From assembly GCA_964106645.2 (NCBI GenBank), contig OZ067042.1: a DNA stretch of 64,000 bases. One strand, given 5' to 3'. Below are positions 13,021-27,929 of the stretch, in pieces. The notes beneath the pieces were generated by a model. It was not told the origin of the DNA and did not search any database. It saw only the letters and a program-made list of their open reading frames with translations. Both the position numbers and the translations under genes were made by a program. The stretch is from Podarcis pityusensis (Eukaryota). Position 1 is the stretch's first letter. The number at the start of each line of letters is the position of its first letter.

Positions 13021-16000
13021 ATTTTATTTGTATGCCGCCAGCAAAGCTGCTAAAGACTATATCAGGTAGAGCTGGAGAGAGAAAGAGATTGTGAGGGGAA
13101 GCATACTTCTCAGCCACCAGGGCTAATCCAGTGAGAAGGTAATACAATGCAACAGTTCAGGAACATACAAACAGGAATTGAAGGCAGAACAGTTATCCAA
13201 ACGTAGTTCACATAACCGCTTCCGCATATTAAAAGAAGGCTGCAGAGAGTCACATAGACAACCGACACCATGATCTTCTGATATCATGTATTCAAACTGC
13301 ATAATAGGAACCCTAGTCAGTTTTACAAAAACAAAAAGCCAAACAAAAAACCCACAAAACAGGGGTTCTAGTCTAATGTATACACACAGAGTGCTAGCAA
13401 AGGAGTAATGTGGATTGAGGCCATGGTTCTTCATTGCAAAGAGAATCTCTATGTGGGCACATACATTGTTATATGACTAGAACTCCTTCTGATATAGTTT
13501 TAACATATAGACATTGGCATGGATGTGATCCTGTATCCCCTGCCACACTTCCACTGAGGTGGTAACATGAACACTCCTCAAAACAAAGTCAAATGTAAGT
13601 TCCTTCTATGTTCCTATTTTATAGCTTTGTTTTTGATCTTTTAATTTTCATCTGTTGTTATAATTGTTATAATGTATATAAAATGAAATAATAATAATAA
13701 TTTGACTACATACTAATACACACCTGAGAATACACCCTATTAAAATAAGCAGGACTTACTTCTTTTTATTTTATTTAAAACACTGATATCCTTAGGAGGA
13801 AACATAGATAAGACTGTAAGGCCGTAATCTTGTGCGCCTAGTGTAATTTCCATTGAACACAAGGGAACTTACTTCTGAGTAAACATGCATAAGATCTATT
13901 AACTCTGTTCTATGTAGTCCATTTCATCCTCATGATTATATTATTTTTGTACTGTATTTTTGTCTATTAGGGTTTGTCTACATTACTCAACTAAAATCAC
14001 TTTCAGCAGAGTAGTTATTTATAGTGTTCCTTGCAAAATTAATATTATATAGCCCCCGAGGGTACTGCTTGGCTGCCTGACAAAGTGCTGTTGACCAATG
14101 CCTGACTGCCAGTAATATCACAAGCTTCATCAACAGAAGTGTCTGATCTATCCACCCAGGGGACCAGATGCAAAGGGAAGAAGTGCTCACTGCAGCCTTT
14201 ATAAAAGTTGTGTATATGCGTGTAAGAACTGTGTCTTATAATTAGAGAATCATGGCATTTTCAAGACCCTTACAAAAAAGAGAATGTCCTGACATTGAGC
14301 ATTTGGGTTTCTAGCAAATGATGTGACAGAATCTTGTACTATATACTAGGTTTAAAAGTGCACCTAGTACTTATGATCACTGAGACAGAACGTTAGCCTA
14401 GCTACGCTGGAAAGGAAGCATCTAGACTAAATAATCTAGAATAAATAGTTTGCATTGGGAGAACAAAATAATCCTAGGTGAGAGAGAGAGTGGAGCTTAG
14501 ACACTATATTGGATAAATGACATCATCACCACCTCCACAGGCTTTTTTCTTAAGCAAAATATTTCCACTTTAACTGGGGAAAGTCAACTTCTAAGCATTT
14601 CAGGAGGATCTTGAAAGATAGTCTCCAGGCTTGCTATCACCTTGGTGAATGACAAATTTAAAGTGGCATTCAAACAAAAGAAAGACACCTAATGAGACTG
14701 AAGGGACAAGCCACTTTCATCCCATTGATTTATGCAAGAGGCAGCACAGAAAAATCAAAAATCAAAAGAAGAGTTGGAGGTGTGTTCTGCTTTGCAATTT
14801 GGACAAAGGCTGACTGATATACTTCCCAAGGAAATCCAAATTTTATAAATACATTCATGTACATTGTCTTAAGAGTAACTGCTTTGTACCATGTTGATTT
14901 TGTAGCTGCCTTCAACATGCAAATTAAAACACACATATATATTGAGTTAATATGGGGGGGCCCATCCTCATTCATGGTAACTATTGCTCTGTTTTGGCAA
15001 ACTGCTCTCTGCAGCTTTTTTTAAGCATTATACTTTCCATGAAATGATGGGAGAGAAGAGTAGGCTTCCCGCGGCAGACGCTGGCCATCTAGCATGAGGG
15101 CACTTGTCCTCACTAAAGTTACCCATTGTAACTTTAACTGTGTGAGGGAAACTAGTAGTTAATTGTGGCTCATAGTTTGTTGTAAACCAGAACCAGAAAC
15201 TACCATTTAAAATTATCTTATTCTGGTTTGGAGACAAACTACTGCTGGTTGGACAAACTATGGGTACAATCTGAATGTCAGAACAAATCATGGTTATTGC
15301 AAACCAGAAGAGTGGAGGAAAGGGTCAGCTTACGAAAGGGTAGAGCAGAGCATGTGTGCCCGCAGCACATTCCCAATGGCCAAGCTGCAGTTTGATCATG
15401 ATGCCTGAACTGGGAGAGTGAGAGCGTATATGTGCAGCAAGTTTCTGTATGTCACTGTCACAGCAGATGGAGGTCTCCCAGCTGATGATTCTGATGAAAA
15501 TTGTCATATCTGAGAGATCACAGTCTAAACAATTCTTGAGATGTAAGCTATAGTCAGGGAAGAAAAACCATGCTGCATCTCAAACCATAATCATATGATT
15601 TCAGGGCTAGAAACACTGGACTCTTCTCAATGAACACTGAAAGCAGGCCACAAGCACATTTTATTGTGCTATGCTCATGCAAGGGCAACATCCCATCCAT
15701 GTGTAATAGACTGGAGTAGGGAGGGTTGAAGAGGAGGAACAGATTTTCTGTTGGGCGGGGGTGGTGAGATAAACTTTTTTTTAAAAGGCATGGGTGTCTG
15801 TACAGGACTGCTTTATGAAACATACCTGCTTCCCTTTTCCCAAGCCATCCTACTGTTTTGTAATAGTTTTCTTTGTAAAATTCTTGGAAGAATGTACACT
15901 CCCTTGCAATACTGTTCCCACACAGATGCTCAGGTCTAGTCAATCTGTTATTTTCTATGTCAGTTACCCAAGCGCATCACACACAAGAGCGGGGCAAAAG

Positions 16001-19000
16001 GTTAGTGTGAATAAGCCCAGGGTCAAAACCACTCAGTAATCAGCTGAAGGGATTTTTAACTAGGTAAATCACCTTAGACAGTCTACCACCCACTGCATAC
16101 CACTCACTTGCCTGTACAAGTGGTGCTCTTCCCCCCCCCCCCACTTTGGAGATAGTTCTGAGATTCTGAGATTCTTCTTCATTGGATCTAGATCCCATCT
16201 GCACTCGCATAGTGGGTAGCCAGAGCAAATAATACATTACAATGTTTTTTGGATGAAAAAAGGTAAGTGAACAATTTGATGGGGCCAGTTCATAAGCTTG
16301 TAAGAAAAATGAGCATCACAGTACCTTTGCAGGTAAAGCATTTGATGTGAAAATGCCTGGCCTGGACACGAAGCACTTCTCCTTTGCATGGCTCCCCACA
16401 TTTATGGCAGTGGATGACTGGCTTCTCTGTGGAATGGTGAGGCTCCTGAGGATGCGCCACTGTAAAAATAATGAGAAATTATATGCACAAGACTTTCTTT
16501 CAGATTTGTCCAGCTTCTCACAGAGCTTTAACCAAAAAGATGCATTTAAAAAAATATGTATGACACTCACTAGGGAGCGATGGGGAAAGCAGTTAAGGAA
16601 AACAGAAGCAATGTCAAACCATAGCTTGCACTAAATGATCTCACACTTGTGATAAGAGCTCCACTGGTAGTGATTTGCCAGATCCACTGGGCTTAAGTGA
16701 TACCCCTGCCACACCTGTAGGCTTTCCACCCATAGCCAAATATTTTAGATTCCTGTGAACTGCATTCTGCTTCAGTAGCCTGACAGTCAATCTACACTTT
16801 CATTAAAAAGCATGTGTTCAAACACTCCTGGGATGTAACCTCTTCAGAATCTGAAAGAGGGGATCACATAAAAACAGGCTTCATAGGCCATTTGCAATGT
16901 GATGTACACTTCATACAAAGTAAGAAAATACCAGAAGCAGGGCAGGGATAATAAGAAAAGAACTGTGTCAGACTAACATTCATTTCTGAATCCATCTAAA
17001 CTCAACAGCTCTTTAACCAAATAATTCTGAGGAAGTCATGTCAGTCAATATTGCTAGCATGCTAAAGTATAAATGTTCACTGTAATATTAGGGATGCAGA
17101 GAATCCCCCACCCCCCAATTTGGAATAGTTGCTCATTTTAAATATTTTACAGAGCTACAGAGGCCAGACCAGCCTCAACTAGAAGACGGTTATTTAGTGA
17201 TGCTGTGGAACACTTTCCCAGGAGATCCTCACTTTTAACTTTCAGGCATCTTCTGAAGACTTTTTCATGACAGTGCCCTGCAGCTGATGAATTTTTATCA
17301 TGAATAGTCAGTCATTGGCACTTTTAAATGGTATTTTATGTTTTAACATTGTAAATTGCTCTCATATTTAATGATATGGTGGCACAGAAATAGTTTTATT
17401 CAATAGAAACAAATAAAGGTTTTAATTCAGCTGTCCTAACTGAGGAATCTATAGACATTCATTTGACTATATGCCATATTATGGGCTGAAATGGACTGCA
17501 GCCAATTTCTTGATCATGAGTAAGGAGAGGATATAGGAAGACATGTCCTTAACTTAGTCTATTGGAATTAATGGGACATAAAAAGACTGTCACTTTGCTT
17601 ATGTTTCAACCTTTGAATTCTCCCTCCTTCCCTTTTTGTAGATTTGCTTAGTTTACAGGAGTGTAAACATCTATTCTATTTACAGTTGAAAGGTGTGGTG
17701 TATATTAATGTACCGGTAATTCTATAGTCCCAAATTTCACATTTAAAATGTTTTATGGCAGTAAAACAGCTAGGAAGACAAAATGCTTTTTCCTTAACCC
17801 CCGCCACCCACAACACTTCTGATAGGTTTCTTGCTTTCTATTTACAGTGCCCTGTTATTTAATCCATATGAGTGCACAAAACACTGAAGGGAATGCCGAC
17901 TAATGTTTTAATTAGCAATTATGTCTAAATAAGACCCCAGCAGCACACAGCCTTCGGTGAACCCTCCCTAATCTTTAAGTAATGAAGTTCTATTTTCGGA
18001 CTACAAGACTGGGGTTATTAGCTTTCCCAAAAAAGACCACTACATTAACTGGCAACTGAGGTAACACAGTACTTATGAAAGGGGGTGGATGAAGACCACC
18101 CCAGGCACTGGGTATTCACTTACAAAATAAAACTAGCAATAGCATCATTGCAGGCCCAGTTAACATGAAAACACAGGTGCTATGAGGCAGCTTGTTGAGT
18201 CCGAAAAACTGTATTAGTTAGTGGTTAGTTGTAAACTGCTTTCATCCTACTCTTGGTGTTGTGGATATATTACTGCAGAAGTCCTGACACCTTAATGCTA
18301 ACACTCTTCCTATTTAGCAATCCCTCAGCTGAAGTCTTCTCCAAGATTCTATTATACACTCACTCACTCACACTTACTTTTCTCATTTGCACTCTCATTG
18401 TACACTTCTGTCTCCTCCTCTCTCACTCTCTCCCTGTCTACGAAAGACCATCCTGGAACTGGTGGTGTGACCCACCTGAGGTTGTAGGCCACAGCTTGCC
18501 AGCTGAAAACTAATGTTCTCTGCTATTTTCTCTTCCAGCTTCTGTACTGACTTCTCAAAATCCAAAGTTGTAAGTGAGGTGCTACAAAAGCCTTTTAAGT
18601 TGTCTGTCAAGTGATACTGACATATAAACAAAGTCTCAAACCTGATTAATCAAAGACTATACAGAATTTCTGAACCTGCATCTTCAACATTTCATCAGCA
18701 GCCTGTATTATCTGTTGCTGGTGTAATTTGAACTGTTTACAATAAAGCCTTGATTGACAGTCCTACAAAGAGCCACCTACTGGTATTGTCCTGTGTGGAA
18801 GACACTAATTACAGGTTGGTGACATAGCTTCTTTGTATGCCAATGGAAAATTTATATGGATGCAACAAAGTGTAACAAGGGAGAAGTCTTACTATGGATG
18901 GAGATGAATAATAGTATTTAAGTCATATGAAAAAAATTGTGATGGAGTCACTGCCACTTATGTTGCAACACACATTTATTTTGTCGCACTATAATCTTTG

Positions 19001-19193
19001 GTAAGTTTGTACATCTCTGAAACTCTATAAAATCCTGCAGAATCTGTGTAACCGACCCCCCCCCCAAAAAAACCAAAAAACAAATCAGTAGAACAGAAAA
19101 ACAGTAAAAACCCTACCCACCCCTATATTCTAAAACAAGGGACACTGTTCCACAAAAATTAAAGGCAAATAAAGCATCTTAAAAAGCTTAGAT

Positions 19194-19329
19194 CAGGCAT
19201 CCCCAAGCTTTGGCCCTCCAGATGCTTTGGACTACAATTCCCATCATCCCTGACCACTGGTCCTGTTAGCTAGGGATCATGGGAGTTGTAGGCCAAAACA
19301 TCTGGAGGGCTGCAGATTGGGGGTGCCTG
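19194..19329. mobile_element. Palindromic hAT-type MITE
   Basis: CAGGCATCCCCAA...TTGGGGGTGCCTG termini, a fold-back interior (ggactacaattcccat / atgggagttgtaggcc), and a perfect 8-bp TSD GCTTAGAT (19186-19193, 19330-19337). Confidence 0.88.
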
Positions 19330-20896
19330 GCTTAGATGCAGAACACACAAAAGCTGAAAAAGTGGGACAAATTTTTTACAAAAATATTAAATGTGCCTTA
19401 TTTTTTATTTAACTTTCTGGCCAAGTAGAAATTATGACACAAGGACAAATGGAACTGTGCAAGTGATGAATCATACATAAGCAGCAAGTGTCATTCTTTT
19501 GCTTACACTAAAAGGTTCAAAAAAAACCTATTATCCAATCCGCACCAACAAGGTATCATTAAGAAGACAACTCTTGGAATCCAGACAATGACAAAATAAC
19601 TTAACCAGAGAACGCTGATCCATTTGGGTGGATAGGATTCTGCCCCAACAACCTCAATCTGCCCTCAGCCACCTGCCAGCTACCTGCATTCTTCCTTATG
19701 ACCAGTCCAAGAGGTAGCACTACTTGTTGGCTTTCTCCTCCTTAGTGAGTGTTGCCCTTGTAGAACTCAGAAGAGGAGAATGGGGACAAAATTCAGTCTG
19801 TTGGCTCCACCTACTGTTGGGCTCCCTGCCTTCTGCCCTACCAGTTCCATTGAGCAACAGTCAATACTAAATTGAACGAAAATTGCTTGGGATTCCAATT
19901 CTAAAGTTCTCCACTTCACTTCCTAGCCCTGCACTGCCCAACCCCTTCAGAGAGTCAGGGTGATCAGAAATCCTAGAAACTAAATAAGAGATTAAAAAAA
20001 AAAAAAAAACTGTTAGGGGAGGTTCCAGAGGCGTTCAAATATTTCTCACTGGTTCACAGGTTTATTGTGACCAATTCATCTGAATATACTAATATTTCAC
20101 TTCAACAGAAGAAACAAATATGTGTATAGAAAAACTGAGTATGTGTGTGAAATGAGTTGCCTATTCAGAGGTAATTAAAATTCCTTTGTAAGCACACCAT
20201 TATAATTCTTGAAACCTGTATCTATCCCATTTTTTTGCTCAGACATTCTTGCATACCACTGTCGTATTTTGTACATTCCCTATTTGTAACCATGAGGACT
20301 ACACATTTTCTTCACGAGTTTCTCTATACAATCCTTCTATGTCTTCCCTGTACACATATGCCCTCTCCACATTACCCCTCACAGAGAAGTAGTGCTCCTG
20401 CACTGATTGAAATACAAATTCCAGAGGCAAAATATAGTTTTGGTATTTGTAGCATTACTGCTATTTGTGCCTCATGCGTATCTCATAGCCACATCCTGAC
20501 CAATACATCTGATGGTCGCAATTACATGGCCAGCCACACTCCCCATAGTCCTGAAATTGAAGCTCAGCAACTGAATTCAGCTTCTTGGGAAGAAGCTATT
20601 TTTTAAAATAAACCTTTGCCCCACTGGAAATATACATTACATGGTAAAGCTCTCTAATAACAGAGGTGACCTTGCATGCAGCAGAAAGGAGATGCACAGC
20701 GCTGAAATAGGAAACAAACTGGGAGTATATGGGGTTTTTTCTTTTCTTTTAATAGTTTCATTAGAAATACATATGGTATAATCTCTTCCATAGTCATACT
20801 CTGAGAAAGATCCTGACTCACCACCAAAACACCACTGCCACACTTTTTTACCCAGAACAATAAGCATGAGCTAAATTTACTTGTAGCAGCTTGATG

Positions 20897-21050
20897 AACA
20901 TAGGAAGCATTCATATTCCAAGTAACACTATTGATCCATCTAGTTCAGCACTATCTACACAGACAGGCAGCAGCTCTCCATGATTTCAAGCAGGAATCTC
21001 TCCTAGCCCTACCTGGAGATGCCAGGGATTGAATTTGGGATCTTCTATAT
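20897..21050 (-). mobile_element. tRNA-derived squamate SINE (Squam3-like), decayed
   Basis: Reverse complement of the same body as 44132-44320 (ataggaagc...ccatctagttcagcact...gcagcagctctcca...gatgccagggattgaa). Confidence 0.65.
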
Positions 21051-21132
21051 TTAGAAGTACAGCTCTGGAACAGATATTAACAGCTATGATTTGTCTGAGG
21101 ATATTATACTTACATAAACAAAGCTACTTTTA

Positions 21133-21156
21133 GAAAGAAAGAAAGAAAGAAAGAAA
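21133..21156. repeat. (GAAA)n microsatellite
   Basis: gaaagaaagaaagaaagaaagaaa. Confidence 0.95.
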
Positions 21157-22918
21157 CTTTGAAGCCTTAATTTCAAAGCAAGCAGAACGTTTTGAGCATA
21201 TTTTAGGCAGCAGGTGCAATTTGTAAGATGCTTATTAGAAGCCAGCTGAATTTCATAACACACATAATTTTTTTCTGTTCCCTGAGTCTGTACACTTTAT
21301 ACTACCCAATCTGCTTTATGTACATTACAATTGTAATGTCTTCATATTCTTAGAAATACCACCCCTTGAGGTCATTCCCCCAGGAGAGAAGCTCAGATGC
21401 TAGGGTGTAAAATGGCAATTAGCAATTGATCATGTTCACCTATAAAAAGCACACCTTTCCATAAGGACAGGAAAGCACACCTCTATGAGACCATCCAACA
21501 GCCAGTTAATGAGTTATTTATTTTATTATTATTGTATTTTTATTCTCATGGAGAAGTCTGAGTGGGATTTGGACCAGTCTTGGATACTATGCACCTGGAG
21601 GATGTGTGTCATTAGTTGCAAAATTGTCTTCTTATTTGAATTAAGAGCATTTTCCCTTCAATATTGATATTCCTAAGTTCAAAAAACTCTGCATCAGAAA
21701 CAAAAGATTCTACCAACTTCTCTAAATAAAGCATCTCCTCACTTTTGCTTACACATTTCCACTCACTTTCAGTGAACAAAATTGCTAGGTAGAATGATCA
21801 GATTTGCATTTTAACCTTAACCTTATAAGCTAAGTAAACGGTGGGGAAATGGAATGGCCTTCTACTCTCACATTATCAGAATAAGTCATACATGGATCCC
21901 CAGTTACCACCACTTTGAACTCCAAAGGTAATTTGCTTCTGTCAGGCTACTTCATAACATACAGAATTTCTACATGGAAGGTACATCTGCATAATAATTT
22001 AACCCATCACATGCATCTACACTATAACATAAACAATTCTACATCCACATACGCTACTGCATGTGTACATGAAAACTGACAGCATGTGTACATGAACACT
22101 GTGGGTACAGACAGCATTTTTCATGTATGTAGGATCATCACACACCATTACCTGCACAGCACCTTCTCTGCAGAAGTGTTGTAATATGTGATTAAGTTTC
22201 TAGAGATACACAGTCAGTTTTCTTTCCAGTAGCTGGAGTCCTTCAGTCAGATACTTGGTCTCTGTCATACTATTTGCAAGAATGTTCAGTGAGCTTTGAT
22301 GTCCTTGACTCTCATTTGCCCTTTCCTCACTGGCTCTGCAATGCATTTTTAAAATTTCTTCACACATATCAAATCCACTGCAGGTCAAACTGACCTCTGA
22401 GAATCAATTTTACACTGAAAGCGCCAGGTAAGCGCTTAGTGTTCAGTTTGTGTGGCTAGAAGTTCCATATTGGGGAGAATGGAAGCAGCCAAATAGAAAC
22501 AGAACTTCCTCAAAACGATATGGTCCATATGTCCTATGCTAATTCAAAAAAAATTAGATTAAAGTGAGTGACGGAATTCATAATTCCCACATGAGAAAGT
22601 TCAAGCTGTTTTAGAGTTGCTCATTATCCCTGAAAGAGCAACTATCTAAAAAGATAATCAGGAAGATCCATTACATCAAGATGTGTGATATAGCTGTAAG
22701 CTTCACTGTCAAACACACAGCAACCAAGAAATTTGAGCAAAAAGAAAAAACTCACAACAAAGTGATGTCATCTGACATCACATATTTTGTAAAAATAAGA
22801 CTTTGTGGAAGAAAGAGAAGAGACCTAGGATTGAGCATGCATCATTTGTATAATCTACGGTTGGACCCAAACTAAGTTAATTACAACTGGATCCCATTAA
22901 AATCAATGGGACCTAGAT

Positions 22919-23050
22919 CAGGATTTCCTAAACTTGGGTTTCCAGCCGTTTTTTGGACTACAATTCCCATCATCCATGACCGTCGGTCCTGCTAGCTAGG
23001 GATGATGGGAGTTGTAGGAGTTGTAGGTGACCCAAGTTTGGGAAACCCTG
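22919..23050. mobile_element. Palindromic hAT-type MITE (related family)
   Basis: CAGGATTTCCTAAACTTGGGT...ACCCAAGTTTGGGAAACCCTG termini with the same ggactacaattcccatcatcc core. Confidence 0.8.
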
Positions 23051-23055
23051 TTCTA

Positions 23056-23150
23056 TAATAATAATAATAATAATTTATTATTTATACCCCGCCCATCTGG
23101 CTGGGTTTCCCCAGCCACTCTGGGCGGCTTCCAACTGAATATGAAAAACA
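23056..23150 (-). mobile_element. Short L2-type 3' tail insertion
   Basis: The minus strand reads gccgcccagagtggctgggg...ggcggggtataaataataaattattattatt, like the L2 tail at 47455-47536. Flanked by GTTCTA direct repeats (23050-23055, 23151-23156). Confidence 0.7.
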
Positions 23151-26100
23151 GTTCTAGATCCATCATTATCATCAGAATTATTTGCTTGGCTGTTTAAGCT
23201 AGCTTGAGTTGCCTTGGGAAAAATAAAGCGACTAACAAATTTAATAACTAATAATAAAATAATAATTTATTTCCTAAACTGTGCTCAGAGGGGCTCACAA
23301 GAACAGTGAACATATCTATATAGGTACAGCAGAAACACTGATACATTTATGACTAACACTTTATAATACAGTATTTACATTCACATGAGAAAGCTAGCAT
23401 ACCTCACAATTTAAAAAGCTCTGGTTTATGTTTAAAAGAAAAACACTTTACCCCAGAAATGTCCAGGTTCAAAATGTGCAACTTACTGCTAAGAATTTCC
23501 AGAAATTTACATCAATTTATCATGCAAAAATCCCCCACATTGGAATGTTTCGGTTTCCAGTTTCCAAATTCCCATCTCTACCTCCAACCACTAACCCCCC
23601 CAGTGCAGAATTACTGTTTCTTTTTAGGAAGCGTGGCTTCCTTAATCCTATCTTATATATATTTCAAAACTCCTTTTGATCTACACACAATGTGAAGCTT
23701 GGTCACAGAAAGAATGCAGATTGCCTGGCCTCTATTGCTTCACTTTGTCTATCCCATTTTTTTCCAATACTAGTTATCAAGACTCCTGCTCCTCTTACTA
23801 AGCTATACATAGTATGTGACACATCAGCATATCTCCACGCTCAAGAGAGAGAGAATTGTTCTTAATGATTGCAGTGTCGCAATGCTGTTAAGAAACACAT
23901 GCCTAGAGGAAAACATGAAATTGCTGTTAACTAAAAGGGGAGCAGAAAGAGATGAAAAAGGGAAATGTAAACTGTATATTCCAGGACAAATCTCAGAAAT
24001 AACTGTTTTTATCTACTCAGATAAAAAATAATCTCCCATCCACCTGCTGCAATTTTCCAACAGAGTTTACAAGTGGTAGTCACAAGAAGACAAGCCACTG
24101 CTTCACTGCCCTCTTAAGGGATTCTTTTCCTAGCTCTGAAGACTCTTCAGTCATTTGTATGGAGCATGACGAGGGTATGTAGGGCTGCATTCACAAGTGG
24201 GGTTCATTGCATTAGTTTAACTGATTATAAGGTTCACACTTTTGTCCCATTTTCTAACATTTCTTTCACACTGCACACGCCAGTCATACCTTGACTGCTT
24301 TACCGCCATGTTGCGGCAAATGTCATTCACATATGTTATTCCTCCATGCCATCCTTCTCCCACTACACTCCACCATTTTTACAGGCTTAACCTTTTCAGC
24401 ATTCCACCTCATGACTTGTCACCTCAGCAGCTGCAACATGAAACTGGAAAAGGTGAATAAAATGTGCAAACCTCCTGGGATTTTTCAGGCTGAGGGGGCT
24501 GCAAACAGATTTTCTCTGGAACCTTATAACATGGAAATGAGCACTAATCTTGCACAATATTCCATTCCATTCCATGAGTTTTCTGGAACTGACTTTTACG
24601 TCATGTGAAAGTCTAACATAATGCACAAAATAACTGTTAGAAAAATGGCAGGGAAATTGTATAAACAGCTGTGTGAAAGAAGCCCAGGTTACACTGGGCT
24701 CCTGAGCCTTATGTTTGATAGTCCTGCTTTAAACCAATCCAGAAATGCAGAAAAACACTTTCCTCCCATCTCAAGTTTCCCTGCAGTTTTGCAAGAAAAT
24801 CGAACACTCAGGGAAACATGGCGCTGAAAGGAGGTTTTATTATATTTGTGGAAGCACCTGCATGTCAGGCTCTTCTATGATTTCAGAAAACTAGCAGTTG
24901 AAGAAGAATGTACTGTATATTATGCCCTGGTGCAGGAGCCTTTGAAGTGGCAAGCGCTTTCATGCATCTCATGCATCTCAGTTAGAACTGGTCTGCAAAA
25001 TGAGAGAGAACTAACCCCCCAACCTCTCTTTAAGAGACAAACTCAAATAGAACTATAAATATTATCTATCCACTTCCACCCTCTTGCAGATTGATGTTGT
25101 TTCCAGAAAAGTATTGAGCATTCCATATTTGTCCCCAAAGACCATCATTCAGGCAGCTTGGCAAAAGACAACTGCTCATTTAGTCCATCTGAATTCAAGT
25201 GAACTGTATTGTTTTTAATCCGTCTGAATTTAAGCCATTAATTGAACATCCTAAACCAGCATTCCAAGCAAACACACTGACCCCGAAAGTTATTGGTCAT
25301 GCCATCATATACTCAGGGAGAGAGGGAAAACGGCTGGGATTTTATTCTTCATTTGCAGCAATGTTGACTTTGCATTCTCTTTTAGATCTCTGTTGTAAGC
25401 AAGCTAATCAGGGTGAGAAAATGCTGATGATCCAAGCACGGATGGATTATCCATTTGCTAAGATCAGCACTTCAAGTGGCGGACAGCAGGCAGACTTTCC
25501 CAGATACAACTGGTGCAGCTGGGAAATGACCTTGTATAAGAAAAAGCAGTGCCGTCACCACTTATTTAGCATAGTACAGTGTTTTTCAAACTTTCTGCCT
25601 CCAGAAAACCAAGTTCGCACCCAGTTTCTCAACTAAGCAACCTCCTAAGTTTGTAGAGAATTCTGAGAAGGGTGAACACTTGAACCAAGTGTTATTATTA
25701 CTATTTATTAGTCACAATTTACACAAAAGCAACTCAAAGACTTACAGAAAGATGATGGGCAACAGAAACTGCACAGATACTTCTTCTAGCTAGCTGCTAT
25801 TATCTCATTTCTGGTCAGCAGATCAGAATGAAAAATTGTCATAGTACAGGTTTCAAAAGCAGTTTTGACCAGCAACCTGCTCTGACTTCATTTCACCTCC
25901 ACAACAGCACCTTTACAAGCTTAGCATAAATTAAGCTTCTGTTGATCAACAAGAACAGAAATGTTTTCTTCTACATGGGCAGCTAATTAGCGATGCATAC
26001 ACAAAATAAATTTAAAGCACATTGCTTCCCCTAAGAATCCTTTGCCACTTATGAGTGGATTGCTTATAGACGTAGACTTTGCATGGACAAGTATACTGAA

Positions 26101-27929
26101 ATTTGGAACCCGTTTATACAAAATATAGTATGTTAAAATAAATATATCTGTACTTTGATAATAATATCTATATATTAGATAAATATATTTTGCAATTGTT
26201 AATTCCTCTAGTGATATAGTATTCCTTTCTTTCCTTTTCCCCCTTTATTACATTCTCACTTTTTATTTTTATTCCATGACATTTATTTTATGTATTGCAA
26301 AATAACAACAACAACAATAATAATAATAGAAAATAATTCTTGCTCCAATAACATGTAGAATAAAGTCCTTTTCAAACAGGTTCAATCAACAGAATTTTAT
26401 TAGAGCAAGTTTGCCTATGCATCATAACAACAGCTGACAGGATTGGATTCTTACTCCAAGGGTCTCACTGACATGCAAAATGACAACATTTCCTCATATT
26501 TGCAGATGCCACAGTACCATTTAGCTGTGTCAAATTCCAGTTTGTGTACAAAGTCAGTGTGTTGCTAAGGAAATTACAGACGATATGGCATTGTACAAAC
26601 ACCATTCTCTTAATTACATCATTTTGCCCCGGTGGAAAATCACAGCTATCAGAGCAATACAAAGGAAACACACTCTGCCGAGGCTGGAGCTGGAGCTTCT
26701 TTCTCACATATAATAATATCATCCTGAACCTATCCTATGCACTTTGGTCAACCGTCTGGGGTTCTGCTCAATTTTCTCCTGCCTTCAGAAATGAGGAATA
26801 TTGGCAGAAGAGTGCATAGTTACACTAGGTTTACAAATAAAAAATAAAAAACCAAACCAAATTATTGCTGTATTAAGTATGGGGCAAGCAACCGCATAAA
26901 AGGGGTCACCTGACAGCCTTATTAAGAGAGTTACAAACTGGTCACCCTCTCAGAAACTGCCGATTACGGATTTGAACATGCTGTATTCTTTCAGTATCTC
27001 TCCACTGAAGTGAACTGGTTATTGCTTACTGAAGGTCTGTTCATCACCCACATAACCCCATTTCTGACCTCCACTAGAGAAGCACTTGCTGCTAACAGAG
27101 GCCTGCCACTTAGTAGGGAAACATCACCATGCTGGAATGCCCACCAACACCCTGTTGCATTCCTCAGTGGAGCTCCTAATTCTCAACTGACAGGTGGCTA
27201 TTTGGAAGACAGGTACAGACTGATGAGAACACATAAGCTGATCCCCACCCCCTTGCTCCTGCATATAGAAGGGGCAGGGTGCCCTTGGATACAACGCAGA
27301 ATGGACAGCATAGTCAAGTAAACTTGGCCAAATCAACAAATATCTGACTGAACAGGGCGTGCATGTGAAGGAATAAAACTATGGCATCAGTAACATTGTA
27401 AACCTGTGTCTTTTAAGGTCACCAGAACTCCAGCAGCACAGCTTCCAAATTTCCCTATGTACATATTAAAGCTGGCTACGGCAGAAAGTAACAAAGAATG
27501 TTGTGGTGGTTTTTTTTTGGGGGGGGGGCTACTATTAACTAGATTGCACTACATTGGATCTACTTATATTCTAGTTGAAATGACGCCTGTATAGTTTCAT
27601 GGTGGCTTTCCCAATTAATGTGATTTCCCCACATCATTTTTCCTAATACTTTGACTATCATTGTATTAAATGTTAATGTCCAAAAGCTATTTCTGGTTGT
27701 TGTTGGGTTTTTTGGGGGAGGGATGGAACTGCACACTTGTACCTTAAGATTCATTATCAATATAACACGGGAAAGAACCAGTATTTTGGTTTTCCATGGC
27801 AGGCAGGTACCTGCCAGGTTGGCTTCCTAAAACATCTATTTTCCATAGAAAAGACAAAGCAGAGGTATGCCTGAAAATGCATAATTTCACACCACACCAT
27901 CAGAAGCAGGCCTAACCTACTTAAACCGG

